A DNA stretch of 44,668 nucleotides from Methylacidiphilum sp. (GCA_020718125.1 DYDC01000001.1:1-44668); one strand, 5' to 3'; positions 8,804 through 18,864 are shown, counted from the first letter of the stretch. Made by a program: numbers and translations. The notes: generated from the sequence alone by a model not told the origin.

Positions 8804-10164
8804 AGCTTGTCAAAGCTCCACGGCGCGCGCATCGGCGGGCGCTTGGCGAGCTTGTTGGCGGCGTCGTTGTTGGTGAACACTTCCTTGTCGGGATCCCACG
8901 CGAGCTTCACGCCGCCGAGCTGGATGGCGATGTGGGCGAGGCGGCAGAGCGACGTGGTGCGTTGGCCAACCTCCTCGTCCTCCAGCGTCTGGCCGCGCGA
9001 GCGCACGCTGTCAATGAAGTCCGGCTTCTCGCGCTTGAGCGGGAAGTGGAGTTCCTCCGGGCCGATCTTCTCCTTGAGGATCGCCGGGGCACTTGCCTTG
9101 AGGCGCTCAGGCGAGAGCTTGCTGGCGGCGTAGTTGACGTGAATCCAACCTTTGTCGCCCTCGAAGCGGACGTGCGGTTCGCCCATCTGGTGGTAGAACT
9201 CGATGCCGTTGGCAAATTTGTAATAGGCGTCGAAGTGCTCCAGCACGTTCCAGACTTTGCCATCGTGGAACTTGCCGGTGGCCTTGATTTCGACGGGACC
9301 CGTGCGCTCGGTGCCTGCGCCCCATTGGCCGATGTCGTTGAGGTGCGTGCCCCAGTTGGCAATCATGCCGTCGCAGTAATCGAGGCTGCGCATCCAGCCG
9401 GGGCGGCTTTTGAGGTTCTGTGGCGTGTGGACGCGCTTCTGCATGTAGGGAACCTTCGGCGCGGGGCCAAGCCAGAGCTCGTAGTCCAATTCGGCGGGTG
9501 CCTCCGTGATCGTCTCCGGCTCGTCGGGAAAACCTTCCTTCGGCGAGCCTGTGCGGACGACGCGCAGCTTGCCGATGCGGCCATTGCGGACCAGTTCGGC
9601 GGCGCGGTGCATCGGCTCCAGCGAGCGAAACTCGCTGTCCACGCGGAAGACGCGCTTGTATTTGGCGACCTCATTGGCGAGCAGCCGGCCTTCGTCAATC
9701 CAGCGCGTGATCGGCTTCTCCAGCGCCACGTCCTTGCCCGCGCGCACGGCGGCGATAGCCATCGGCACGTGCCAGTGGTCCTGCGTGGCGATCATCACCG
9801 CATCAATGCTCTTGTCGGCGAGCAACTCGCGGAAATCCTTGTAGGTCGCGCAGCCCTTGAAGCTGCCATCTTTCTTCTTGGCGTAGTGGCCTTCGATCAA
9901 CTTCTTCGCCTCCGCCATGCGCCAGGAGTCCACGTCGCAGACGGCGACGGCCTGCACGCCGGCGACCTTGAGGAAGCCGGGGATGTTGGCGTGATAGGTC
10001 TGCCGTCCGCAGCCGATGAAACCCATTGTGACGCGCTTGCTGGGCGCGTCAGCGCCGAACACGGACGCGGGCAGGATGTAGGGCGCGCCCGCGATACCAG
10101 CGACGGCAACGGAGGCGCGACGGAGGAAGGAACGGCGGGTAAGTGGATGCATGGTTTGGCTCAT
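8800..10164 (-). CDS. Gfo/Idh/MocA family oxidoreductase, Tat-exported
   Basis: TRRSFLR; IATQDHWH, GKDVALEKP, DYELWLGPAP, NWGTH. Confidence 0.92.
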   Translation of the reverse strand: MSQTMHPLTRRSFLRRASVAVAGIAGAPYILPASVFGADAPSKRVTMGFIGCGRQTYHANIPGFLKVAGVQAVAVCDVDSWRMAEAKKLIEGHYAKKKDGSFKGCATYKDFRELLADKSIDAVMIATQDHWHVPMAIAAVRAGKDVALEKPITRWIDEGRLLANEVAKYKRVFRVDSEFRSLEPMHRAAELVRNGRIGKLRVVRTGSPKEGFPDEPETITEAPAELDYELWLGPAPKVPYMQKRVHTPQNLKSRPGWMRSLDYCDGMIANWGTHLNDIGQWGAGTERTGPVEIKATGKFHDGKVWNVLEHFDAYYKFANGIEFYHQMGEPHVRFEGDKGWIHVNYAASKLSPERLKASAPAILKEKIGPEELHFPLKREKPDFIDSVRSRGQTLEDEEVGQRTTSLCRLAHIAIQLGGVKLAWDPDKEVFTNNDAANKLAKRPPMRAPWSFDKL

Positions 10165-10262
10165 GGTCGTAATGACGGTTGACTATGCGCGTCCTTCATG
10201 GCGGTTTCAGCCGCGCGCGGAAACATCAATCGCCTAGCATCTCTCGCATCCCCCTGCGGATG

Positions 10263-11129
10263 CTACTTTCGCTTCGCCGGCTTGGTCTTCAGCAGGGCGC
10301 GGGCGGTGATGCCAAAGAACCGTTTGAACGCCCGGCTGAAGTCGTTCGCGTGGCGGTAGCCAAGTTCGAAAGCGACTTGCTTGGCCTGCAAACGACCGGC
10401 GCGGAGTTTGGCGCGGGCGATCTGCATCCGCCAGCGGAGCAGGAAACGGTTTGTGCTCTCGCCGCTGTGGCGTCGGAAGAGCGCATTGAGAGAGGCCGGC
10501 GTCAGGCGCAGGTATTCGCACAGCCGCCGCACCGGCTGGCGCTCGGCGAGGTTGTTGCGCAGGAACTCCAGCGCGAGCTTCATCCGGTAGCGCGAATTCA
10601 CCGCGGGCGGACGGTTTTCGGCGCGCGCGAGGGCAATGTCCAGTTCGAAGCGCGCGCAGTGCAGCGAGAGGACGGCCACTTCATCCGGCGTGGCGACTTC
10701 GCGGATGCAGTTGGCGTGCAATGCGCAAAGGCGGCGCATGGTGGCGCGGTCCGTTTTCAGGCAGAGGAATCCGCCGGCGGGCGGTTGCAGCGCGGCCAGC
10801 GCGGGCGCGGAACGCCACAGCCACGTCAGGATGCGGGAGGCGCGGCGCGGCCCGTCGGTCCAGCCGTAGGCGCAATCGGGATGCACGACGAGGACGCTGC
10901 CGGCGGGAATCTGCCGGGCGCCGATCTCGGTGACCAAACGCGGCGTGCCCTCGATGATGGCGATATAGACCCAGCCGTCGTGCATGGCGACGGGAATGGG
11001 GTTCTTGCCAAACCACCGCCGTCCCCACGAGAGGTAAAGCAAGTCCCACGCTTCCGGGTCGCGCGGCAGCCATCGTGGCCGGCCGGCTGGCGGCAGATAA
11101 GTGCGTCGCGGATAAGTCTTTTCAGCCAT
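10263..11129 (-). CDS. AraC family transcriptional regulator
   Basis: C-terminal KQVAFELGYRHANDFSRAFKRFFGIT HTH signature. Confidence 0.9.
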   Translation of the reverse strand: MAEKTYPRRTYLPPAGRPRWLPRDPEAWDLLYLSWGRRWFGKNPIPVAMHDGWVYIAIIEGTPRLVTEIGARQIPAGSVLVVHPDCAYGWTDGPRRASRILTWLWRSAPALAALQPPAGGFLCLKTDRATMRRLCALHANCIREVATPDEVAVLSLHCARFELDIALARAENRPPAVNSRYRMKLALEFLRNNLAERQPVRRLCEYLRLTPASLNALFRRHSGESTNRFLLRWRMQIARAKLRAGRLQAKQVAFELGYRHANDFSRAFKRFFGITARALLKTKPAKRK

Positions 11130-11516
11130 TCAATGGGTATCGCCGCGCAGTTCCCGCGCGAGGCGTTGCTCGACAAAATCCACGAGCGCGGGGTCGGCCA
11201 TCATCGGCTCGCTCAGCTCAAAAGCAACTTCAGGATGGTCCTTCAGCGTCTCGCGGACGATGTGCGGGATGTCTCGTTGGAGATGTTTGCCGGGGACGAG
11301 GAAGAATGCGTAGCCGAAGATGTGGTTGCAGCCGCGCTTGATGAGGCGCCGGATGGCGGTGGGGATGTCGGGCTGGCCGAGTTCCATGAAACAGGGCGCG
11401 ATGCAGTCGGTGCGGAGCCGCCGGCGCAGTTCGCGGGTGAGGCGGAACATGATCCAGTTGGCCTCCTTGAGCCGCGAGCCGTGGGTGACGACGAAGACGC
11501 CGGTTTTTTGTTTCAT
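11130..11516 (-). CDS. CbiX/SirB-family sirohydrochlorin chelatase (short form)
   Basis: VVTHGSR, CFMELGQPDI, FFLVPGKHLQRDIP. Confidence 0.85.
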   Translation of the reverse strand: MKQKTGVFVVTHGSRLKEANWIMFRLTRELRRRLRTDCIAPCFMELGQPDIPTAIRRLIKRGCNHIFGYAFFLVPGKHLQRDIPHIVRETLKDHPEVAFELSEPMMADPALVDFVEQRLARELRGDTH

Positions 11517-11728
11517 GCGGAGAAATCCGCTTGTCCGACTGCGCGGCTACTATATCATCGCGCGCCTCGCAGACAAGCAGGTTGGCCTATGGCGCTATTG
11601 GAATTCAGCATGTATCCGCCCGCGAGTGGAATGTGTCATCACGGTGGACTATTGCGGCGGCCATCGCGGCTGGCTGAAAGCCGGGTGGTTTCCGTCGAGA
11701 AGCGACTCGTCCGCAAACTGAAACCGAT

Positions 11729-12049
11729 ATGAGCAACGCACAACATTCAGGTTCCGGCTCCGGTCATCCCGCTGCGGCGGGTCATCCTGCGGGCGCGGGC
11801 GGTCCGCCGCCCGACTTGAAACGCCAGTTCATCACCTTCGCATTCTTCAAAACCTCGCCCGAATGGCGCCGCCTGCCGGCGGCTGAACGCGAGGCAAGCA
11901 AGAGCGAGGTTGCCGCCATCGTCGAGGAATTCAAGAAACAGGGCATGCTGATTCCGGGCTGTTCGCTGGCGGGCACACATGGCGACGTGGACTTCATGCG
12001 GTGGCGCATCGCTGGTGATATCAGGGACGCGCTCAACACCGCCGGATAG
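11729..12049 (+). pseudogene. Truncated chlorite dismutase / coproheme decarboxylase (HemQ-like) N-terminal fragment
   Basis: RQFITFAFFK..PEWRRLP..ER...SLAG...DVDFM.WRI matches the family N-terminal half; stops after 106 aa. Confidence 0.65.
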
Positions 12050-12062
12050 GAGACTGACAGCC

Positions 12063-13607
12063 ATGCCGCTCACGATCGCGACAATCCTCAAAGGGGTCGA
12101 ACAGCTCGACTACGAGATAGCCACCGAGTCGCGCCTCGTGCGCGCGGGTCTCAAGGACAAACAGGAGACCGACGCCATCATGCAGCGGCACGAGTGGCTC
12201 GCCTCGCCCTCGGCCGTGAAGCTGGCGCGTGCCCAGGTCAACCGCGCGCGCGATCCCGATGAGCGCGACCGGCTGGAGCGGCTGTATTTCACGTGCGCGG
12301 GATTCTACGCCTGCCGGAAGCAGGCGAAACTCGATGACGAATTGCAGGGCGGTCTGGCGCAGCATCAGGTCAAGCTTGGCGAACGGCAGATCTCCTACTA
12401 CAACCTCAGCCCGCGCTTGCAGAACGAGGCGGATTTTGAGAAGCGCGAGCAGATCGGCGCGGCGATTGACGGCGTGCATCGGAAGTTCAACCCGTTGAAG
12501 CTCTCGCTGCTCCAACGCGAATTGCGCATCCTGCGGCGCGACCTCGGCTACAAGAGTCACATCGGATACTACCAGGCGCAGAAGCAGTTCGATTACGAGA
12601 AATTCATCGCCACGCTCGACGACTCGGCGCATCGCACGGCGCTGCTGTTCCGCGACCATGTGGCGCGATGGGTCGGCGACAAGATTGGGCGGCCGTTCCG
12701 TGCGCCGGACGGCAAGCCTGCCCTCCAGCGATGGCACGTCAGCTATCTGCTCAAGCTTGGCGACTTTGACGCGCGGTTCCCGAAGAAGGAGATGCTGCCG
12801 CGGCTGCTCGGTTCACTGAAGCGGATGGGCATAGACCTGAAGGCGAAGAAGAGCATCAAGCTCGACATCGAGGATCGCGACAAGAAGAACCCGCGTGCCT
12901 GCGTGTTCCCAGCGCGCATCCCGCGGGAGGTCCACCTCATCCTGAAGCCCGTCGGCGGACTGACCGACTACGAGACGTTTATGCACGAGGCGGGCCACGC
13001 GTTGCACTTCGGTTTCTCGGACCCGAAGCTGCCCTACGAATACCGCCACCTGTCGCGGTCGCACGCGCTGACGGAGATTTACGCGTTCCTGCTCCAGAAC
13101 ATCACGCTCGACGCGCTGTGGCTGGAGGAGGTCATGCGGCTCAACCGCAAGCTCGCGGCGCGCATCCGATACTATCGCGTGCTAGTGGACCTCTGCATGT
13201 ATCGCCGCTACATCGCGAAGCTGAAGGCCGAGTTCGCGTTCTTCCGCCAGCAGGAGCAGAGGGGCGAGGCGGCGTTGAGTGACGGGCGCATCTACGCGCG
13301 AACACTGACCGAGCATACGGGCTTCATCTACCAGCCGGTGAACTATCTCTTCGACATGGACGGCGGCTTCTACAGCGCGGATTATCTGCGCGCGTGGGTC
13401 GGCGAGGCGCAATTCTCCGAGCGCCTCCAGCAGAACTACGGGCCGCGCTGGTGGGCCGACAAGAAGGCCGGGCGGTTCCTCGTGGACCTCTGGCGGTCGG
13501 CCTGCACGCGGGAAGCCGAGCCGGTGCTTGCTGAACTCGGCTGCCAGCCGCTCGACACGAGCGCGCTGGAACGGCGGTTCGTCGAACTGGAATCGCTGCG
13601 CGCATGA
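12063..13607 (+). CDS. Zinc metallopeptidase, M3/gluzincin-like
   Basis: KKNPRACVF, HEAGHALH, ALTE third-ligand motif; AGGAGA RBS upstream. Confidence 0.8.
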   Translation: MPLTIATILKGVEQLDYEIATESRLVRAGLKDKQETDAIMQRHEWLASPSAVKLARAQVNRARDPDERDRLERLYFTCAGFYACRKQAKLDDELQGGLAQHQVKLGERQISYYNLSPRLQNEADFEKREQIGAAIDGVHRKFNPLKLSLLQRELRILRRDLGYKSHIGYYQAQKQFDYEKFIATLDDSAHRTALLFRDHVARWVGDKIGRPFRAPDGKPALQRWHVSYLLKLGDFDARFPKKEMLPRLLGSLKRMGIDLKAKKSIKLDIEDRDKKNPRACVFPARIPREVHLILKPVGGLTDYETFMHEAGHALHFGFSDPKLPYEYRHLSRSHALTEIYAFLLQNITLDALWLEEVMRLNRKLAARIRYYRVLVDLCMYRRYIAKLKAEFAFFRQQEQRGEAALSDGRIYARTLTEHTGFIYQPVNYLFDMDGGFYSADYLRAWVGEAQFSERLQQNYGPRWWADKKAGRFLVDLWRSACTREAEPVLAELGCQPLDTSALERRFVELESLRA

Positions 13608-13996
13608 GCGGACGGCCGGCGATCGAGGTGGCTGCGGCGATCATCCGGCGCGGCGACACGATTCTGATCGCGCAACGCCGCGCGGACGATCATCTGTCAA
13701 ACCTGTGGGAGTTTCCCGGCGGCAAACGCGAAGCGGGGGAAACCTTCGAGCAATGCCTGGCGCGCGAGCTTCGGGAGGAACTGGGCGTCACAGCGCGTGT
13801 GGGACGGTTGATCCATGATGTGACGCATGATTATCCGGAACGCAGCGTGCGACTCTGTTTCTTCGATTGCGAACTGATGGAGGGCGAACCCAAGCCGATT
13901 CATTGCCAGGACTGCCGCTGGGTGCGGGCGGGTGAGCTGCAGGACTACCGGTTTCCGCCGGCGGATGATGAGTTGATCAAGTTGCTGGGAAAGTAG
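13604..13996 (+). CDS. mutT: 8-oxo-dGTP diphosphatase (Nudix)
   Basis: WEFPGGKREAGETFEQCLARELREELG Nudix box; FPPAD. Confidence 0.9.
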   Translation: MSGRPAIEVAAAIIRRGDTILIAQRRADDHLSNLWEFPGGKREAGETFEQCLARELREELGVTARVGRLIHDVTHDYPERSVRLCFFDCELMEGEPKPIHCQDCRWVRAGELQDYRFPPADDELIKLLGK

Positions 13997-14050
13997 TCGT
14001 CACGCTCCGCGTGATGATCCAGATGGTGATCCTCACGCTGAGCGTGCGGG

Positions 14051-15625
14051 CTACTTTACCAAGGGCAAGCGGTAGCAGACGGCTTCCTGGGCGTTGCGGA
14101 CGAGCAACAGGTCGCCGGCGAGCGCGGGGGGATTCCACGTCTTGCCTGTCAGCGCCTCGAACTTCGTCAGTTCGCGTCGGCTATTGGGCTGAGGGTCTAT
14201 CAGCGCCAGGCTGCCGTCTTCGGCCGTGAGCAGCAGCAGGTCGCGAACGAGAATGAACTGGCCATGTCCGTAGCGGCCCTCGCGCCACTTCAACCCGCCA
14301 TTGGCCAGGTCCACGCAGGCGAGCGTGCCGTCGTCGAGGCCATACACGCAGCCAGTGCGCGTGACCATGTTGTTGAACTTGGATTTGAGGCGTCGCGTCT
14401 TCCAGAGCTGTGTGGCTGTGAAGCTGTCCTCATTGTCGCGTCGGATCTGCAACAGCGCGCTCCCTTCGCCGTAGCCGCTGCTCATCAATACGCGGTCGTC
14501 CGCGACGGTGATCGGCTGCGCGACGTGGACGTGCGTCGGGTTCCACGGATGCTGCCATAGCACGCGGCCGGTGGCCGCATCGTGGCCGTAGAGGGCGTCG
14601 TGGCCGAAGATGAGGACTTGCGGCACGCCACAGAGCGTGGCCGCGCAGGGCGAGCTGTAGCTGGATTTGTCGTGACCGCCGCTCCAAGCCGGCTGGCCGT
14701 TGTGGAGGCGATAGGCCGCGAGCGCGCGATCCGGCTTGCCGCCGGGATTGACGATGACGAGTCCGTCGCGCACGAGCGGTGAGCCGGCCGTGCCCCAGAT
14801 GTTCACAGGCCGGCCGCTGTCGGCGAGGATGTTCCGGCTCCAGACCGCCTTGCCGGCGGCCAAGTCGAGGCAGTTCAAAATGCCGGTGCCGCCGACGGTG
14901 AATGCACGGTCGCCGATGATGGCTGGCGTGGTGCGCGGGCCTTCACCGGCGATGGTGGTGGCAAAGCGGGCCTTGTCGGCGTGGATCCAGAGCTTTTTGC
15001 CGGTCAGCAAGTCGTAGCAAACGGTCAGTTCTTCTTCGCCGCGCTGTTCCATCGTGATGGCGCGGTTGCCGGTAATCGCGAAGCCGGACCATGCGGCGCC
15101 AACCGGCTGGCGCCAGAGTTCCCGCGGAGGCCGCGCGCTCCAATCACGCGCCAGCTTGGGGCCATCGGGCAGCGTGGAGTTGCGGTTCGGGCCGAGGAAC
15201 TGCGGCCAGTCGGCGCCAAGACGGGTTGCGGCGCGCGATGCGGCAGCGGGGTCCGCTTCGGCAACTGGTTGAACTGCCGGGCGCGACCAACGGAACTTCA
15301 CGAGCGGCACGAGATCGCCTGTCACGCCATAGATTTGAAACAGACCGGCGAAAAGGCCGAGCGCCACGACCACGGCGCCGAACACCACGCCGCGGATTCT
15401 CCAGTGCAGCCGGGAGAACAACATGGCCCAGAGAAAGAGCAGGACGGCCGCGACGATGATTGAGCCTGTCGTGCCGATGTTGCGGTGTTGTTGCGATGGC
15501 AGCGAGGGGGCGACGCGGGTATGGATAATCGCCAGGAGTGTAACCGCCACGATCAGCCACGCGGGCCACCCGCGGATGGGGCGCCGGGCAGGCGGGTTGT
15601 TGGAGGGTGCGTCAGGAGACTGCAT
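14051..15625 (-). CDS. Membrane-anchored PQQ-binding-like beta-propeller protein
   Basis: Three N-terminal TM segments; DWPQFLGPNRN, GPRTTP, SYSSP, KTWNPPAL. Confidence 0.85.
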   Translation of the reverse strand: MQSPDAPSNNPPARRPIRGWPAWLIVAVTLLAIIHTRVAPSLPSQQHRNIGTTGSIIVAAVLLFLWAMLFSRLHWRIRGVVFGAVVVALGLFAGLFQIYGVTGDLVPLVKFRWSRPAVQPVAEADPAAASRAATRLGADWPQFLGPNRNSTLPDGPKLARDWSARPPRELWRQPVGAAWSGFAITGNRAITMEQRGEEELTVCYDLLTGKKLWIHADKARFATTIAGEGPRTTPAIIGDRAFTVGGTGILNCLDLAAGKAVWSRNILADSGRPVNIWGTAGSPLVRDGLVIVNPGGKPDRALAAYRLHNGQPAWSGGHDKSSYSSPCAATLCGVPQVLIFGHDALYGHDAATGRVLWQHPWNPTHVHVAQPITVADDRVLMSSGYGEGSALLQIRRDNEDSFTATQLWKTRRLKSKFNNMVTRTGCVYGLDDGTLACVDLANGGLKWREGRYGHGQFILVRDLLLLTAEDGSLALIDPQPNSRRELTKFEALTGKTWNPPALAGDLLLVRNAQEAVCYRLPLVK

Positions 15626-15675
15626 CGGAGAATATGCTTGGCCGTGGCATCGGTTCCGTAGATAACAAGCGACGC

Positions 15676-16539
15676 ATGAGAACGCAAAAAGATTCGCCCG
15701 CGGTGCGCACGATCACGTTGGGCCACAGCCCCGACCCGGATGATGCCTTCATGTTCTACGCGCTGGCCGCCGGCAAGATCGAGACGGGCGATCTGCGCTT
15801 CGAGCACATCCTGCAAGACATACAGACCCTTAACGAGCGCGCCACGCGCGGCGAACTGGACGTGACCGCCATCTCCATCCACGCTTACGCCTCCGTCCTC
15901 GATAAATATGCTCTTTTGCCCAGCGGCGCTTCGATGGGCGACGGCTACGGGCCGATGGTGGTGGCGAAAGGCCGAAGGTCGAAGGACGAAATCCGAAAGA
16001 TGAAGATCGCCGTCCCTGGACGGATGACCAGCGCGTTTCTGGCGCTGCGGCTGTGGCTCGGCGAGGATTTCAACCATGTCGTCGTGCCGTTCGACCAGAT
16101 CTTTGCCACGGTGAAGCGCGGCGATGCCGAAGCCGGCCTCATCATCCACGAAGGCCAGCTCACCTATCAAAAGGAGGGCTTGGACCTCTGTGTGGACCTC
16201 GGCGCATGGTGGAAGGCTGACACGGGCGGCCTGCCGCTCCCGCTCGGCGGCAACGCCATCAAGAAATCCCTCGGCAAGCCGCTGATGAGCCGCATCTCAA
16301 AGCTCCTGACCGAAAGCATCCGCTACGGCCTTGCCCACCGCCAGCCCGCAGTCGCTCACGCGATGGCCTACGCCCGCGACATGGACGTGCCGCTGGCCGA
16401 CAAGTTCGTCCGGATGTATGTGAACGACTGGACGCTCGACTACGGCGACAAGGGCAGGGAAGCCATCCGCCTTTTCCTCCGCCGCGGCTGCGAAGCCGGC
16501 ATCATCCCCCAGGCGGTGGATCTGGAGTTTGTGGAGTAA
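15676..16539 (+). CDS. mqnD: Menaquinone biosynthesis (futalosine pathway) MqnD/MqnA-family protein
   Basis: LGHSPDPDDAFMFYAL, DIQTLN, GLIIHEGQLTY, LPLPLGG, MYVN. Confidence 0.8.
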   Translation: MRTQKDSPAVRTITLGHSPDPDDAFMFYALAAGKIETGDLRFEHILQDIQTLNERATRGELDVTAISIHAYASVLDKYALLPSGASMGDGYGPMVVAKGRRSKDEIRKMKIAVPGRMTSAFLALRLWLGEDFNHVVVPFDQIFATVKRGDAEAGLIIHEGQLTYQKEGLDLCVDLGAWWKADTGGLPLPLGGNAIKKSLGKPLMSRISKLLTESIRYGLAHRQPAVAHAMAYARDMDVPLADKFVRMYVNDWTLDYGDKGREAIRLFLRRGCEAGIIPQAVDLEFVE

Positions 16540-16588
16540 GGCCGACCTTGCATCCGGTCAGGCCATCTCCCATTATTGGCGTGCGGCC

Positions 16589-17122
16589 ATGCCACTGTTT
16601 GACCATCTGAGCCGGGAAGCAGCCAAGCACCACCTCGATTTTCTTGTCATTGGTGCGCACGCGGTGATTTGCCATGGATACGTGCGGGCCACGGACGATG
16701 CCGATATTCTGGTGAGCAAGGAGAATCAGCCGCAATGGGAGCAGATGCTTCGCGGCCTCGGTTACAAGGTGGTCCACGACGGCGGCGCCTCCCTGCAGCT
16801 TGAGTCCGCCGACAAGGCGGCTTGGGACTTGGATCTGATGCTGGTCCCGGCGGAGACGTTCGGGAAGATGATTGCCGAAGCGAAAGTCGTCAGGTTGGAG
16901 GGAGTGTCGGTCCGCATTCCGAGCCTAGACCACGTCTTTGCGTTGAAGGTTCATGCGCTCAAGCACGGCCGTGGATTGCGGCGGCTGAAAGACATGGACG
17001 ATGTCATTCGATTGGCGCTCGCCAATGGCGTGGATGTGCGGTCAGAATCCTTCCGGCGGTTGTTCGTGAAGCACGGTGATCCGAAGATTTATGAGCAAGT
17101 TCTCAAAGCATGTGCTCCGTGA
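16589..17122 (+). CDS. Putative nucleotidyltransferase (AbiEii/DUF6036-like)
   Basis: VIGAHAV..HGYVRATDDAD, ALKVHA, R.KD.DD. Confidence 0.7.
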   Translation: MPLFDHLSREAAKHHLDFLVIGAHAVICHGYVRATDDADILVSKENQPQWEQMLRGLGYKVVHDGGASLQLESADKAAWDLDLMLVPAETFGKMIAEAKVVRLEGVSVRIPSLDHVFALKVHALKHGRGLRRLKDMDDVIRLALANGVDVRSESFRRLFVKHGDPKIYEQVLKACAP

Positions 17123-17327
17123 GACCGCGGCGGCCTATCGGGTGAGAACCAAGCCCGCAAGCGACTTGGAGTTTCCGGATTGGAGCGGCCATTGTGAGCG
17201 GCCATCGAAGATGACCGCGGATGCGATGCTGCGGTATTGCGAGTTCCTGTTGCCGCTCGTGCGGAGCTTTCCGGGACGCAGGAAGCTGCGGCTGGCAACC
17301 CGATGTTCTCGTGAGTTTGTCTTATAG
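17091..17327 (+). CDS. Small hypothetical protein, possible partner of the nucleotidyltransferase
   Basis: 78-aa ORF overlapping the upstream stop; LEFPDWS and terminal EFVL. Confidence 0.5.
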   Translation: MSKFSKHVLRETAAAYRVRTKPASDLEFPDWSGHCERPSKMTADAMLRYCEFLLPLVRSFPGRRKLRLATRCSREFVL

Positions 17328-17340
17328 TGAGGATCCAATC

Positions 17341-18864
17341 ATGCCCGAATACTTCATCGGAATAGACAGCGGCACCCAATCCACCAAGGCCATCGTCGTG
17401 GACGCGCGCACCGGCCGCGTTGCCGGCAGCGGCGCGAAAGCGCACGGCCTCATCCCGAAACTGCCGCCGGGCCACAAGGAGCAGCACCCGAAGGTGTGGA
17501 TTGACGCGGTCATCGCCAGCGTCCGCGCCGCGCTCAAGGCTGCGAAAGTGAAGGCCGCCGACGTGCGCGGCATCGGCGTCAGCGGCCAACAGCATGGGTT
17601 CGCGCCTCTGGATGCCGCGGGCAACGTCATCCGTCCGGCAAAACTCTGGTGCGACACGTCCACCGCGACGCAATGCGACGAGATCATCGGCAAGCTGGGC
17701 GGCCTCTCGCGCGTCATCGAGCTCATCGGCAACGGCGTGCCGGCGGGTTTCACTGCGTCGAAGATTCTCTGGCTCAAACAAAACGAGCCGCAGAACTACG
17801 CGAGGCTCGCCACCGTCCTGTTGCCGCACGACTACATCAACTTCTGGCTGACGGGCAACAAGACGATGGAGTTCGGCGACGCCAGCGGCACGGCGCTGAT
17901 GGATGTGCGTTCGCGCCAATGGTGCGACGCGGTCATCGCTGCGATTGATCCCGATCTCAAAGCGAAGCTGCCGGCCATCCAGCCGAGCGACCAGCCCGCG
18001 GGCAAGTTGCGTGCTGAAGCCGCCAGGTCGCTTGGTGTGGGCGGCAACGTGATCGTCAGCGCGGGTGGTGGCGACAACATGATGGGTGCCATCGGCACCG
18101 GCAATACGCGGCCAGGCATCGTTACAGCGAGCTTCGGCACCAGCGGGACGATCTACGCGTGCAGCGACAAGCCGGTGATTGATCCCGAGGCGGAGATTGC
18201 CGCGTTCTGCGATTCCACGGGGCAATGGCTGCCGTTGCTCTGCACGATGAACGTCACCGTTGCCACCGAGATGGTCCGCAAAGACTTCGGCTGGACGTTC
18301 GCGAAGATGGACGCCGAAGTGAAGAAGACGCCTGTCGGCGCGGGCGGCCTCGTGCTGCTCCCCTACTTCGAGGGCGAGCGCACACCGAACGTGCCCGATG
18401 GCACAGGCGTCTTCTTCGGGGTGAACAACCGCACGCTCGCGGCGGGGCCGTTCGCGCGCGCGGCGATGGAGGGCGCCACGCTCGGCATGAACTACGGCCT
18501 GAACCGCCTGCGCGCGCTCGGCATCGCGCCGACGCAAATTCGCGCTACGGGCGGCGGCTCGCAATCGCCGGTTTGGCGGCAGATCATGGCCGACGTGTTC
18601 AACGCCGAGGTCGTTTGCGCGCAGACGGCGGAGGGCGCGGCCTACGGCGGCGCGTTGCAGGCAATGTGGTGCTGCGCCCGCCAGCGGGGCAGCAAGGTCG
18701 AGATTTGGGAAATCACCGATGAGTTCGTCAAACTCGACCGGAAGAGCATCGCCAAACCGAAGCCGGCCAACGTGGAGAAGTATCGCGCGCTCCAGACGCT
18801 GCAAGACCAGCTCAGCCGCGATCTGCGCGGGGCGTTTGCGAAGCACCGGGCGTTGGTGTCGTAA
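17341..18864 (+). CDS. xylB: Xylulokinase
   Basis: IGIDSGTQSTK, GVSGQQHG, GFTASK, GGGDNMM, GTSGT, GERTP. Confidence 0.92.
   Translation: MPEYFIGIDSGTQSTKAIVVDARTGRVAGSGAKAHGLIPKLPPGHKEQHPKVWIDAVIASVRAALKAAKVKAADVRGIGVSGQQHGFAPLDAAGNVIRPAKLWCDTSTATQCDEIIGKLGGLSRVIELIGNGVPAGFTASKILWLKQNEPQNYARLATVLLPHDYINFWLTGNKTMEFGDASGTALMDVRSRQWCDAVIAAIDPDLKAKLPAIQPSDQPAGKLRAEAARSLGVGGNVIVSAGGGDNMMGAIGTGNTRPGIVTASFGTSGTIYACSDKPVIDPEAEIAAFCDSTGQWLPLLCTMNVTVATEMVRKDFGWTFAKMDAEVKKTPVGAGGLVLLPYFEGERTPNVPDGTGVFFGVNNRTLAAGPFARAAMEGATLGMNYGLNRLRALGIAPTQIRATGGGSQSPVWRQIMADVFNAEVVCAQTAEGAAYGGALQAMWCCARQRGSKVEIWEITDEFVKLDRKSIAKPKPANVEKYRALQTLQDQLSRDLRGAFAKHRALVS

Noticed and set aside
5141..11732. Long plus-strand ORFs (5141-6526, 8033-9133, 8932-10182, 10179-11732)
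   Set aside because: Antisense shadows of well-supported minus-strand genes, expected at high GC.
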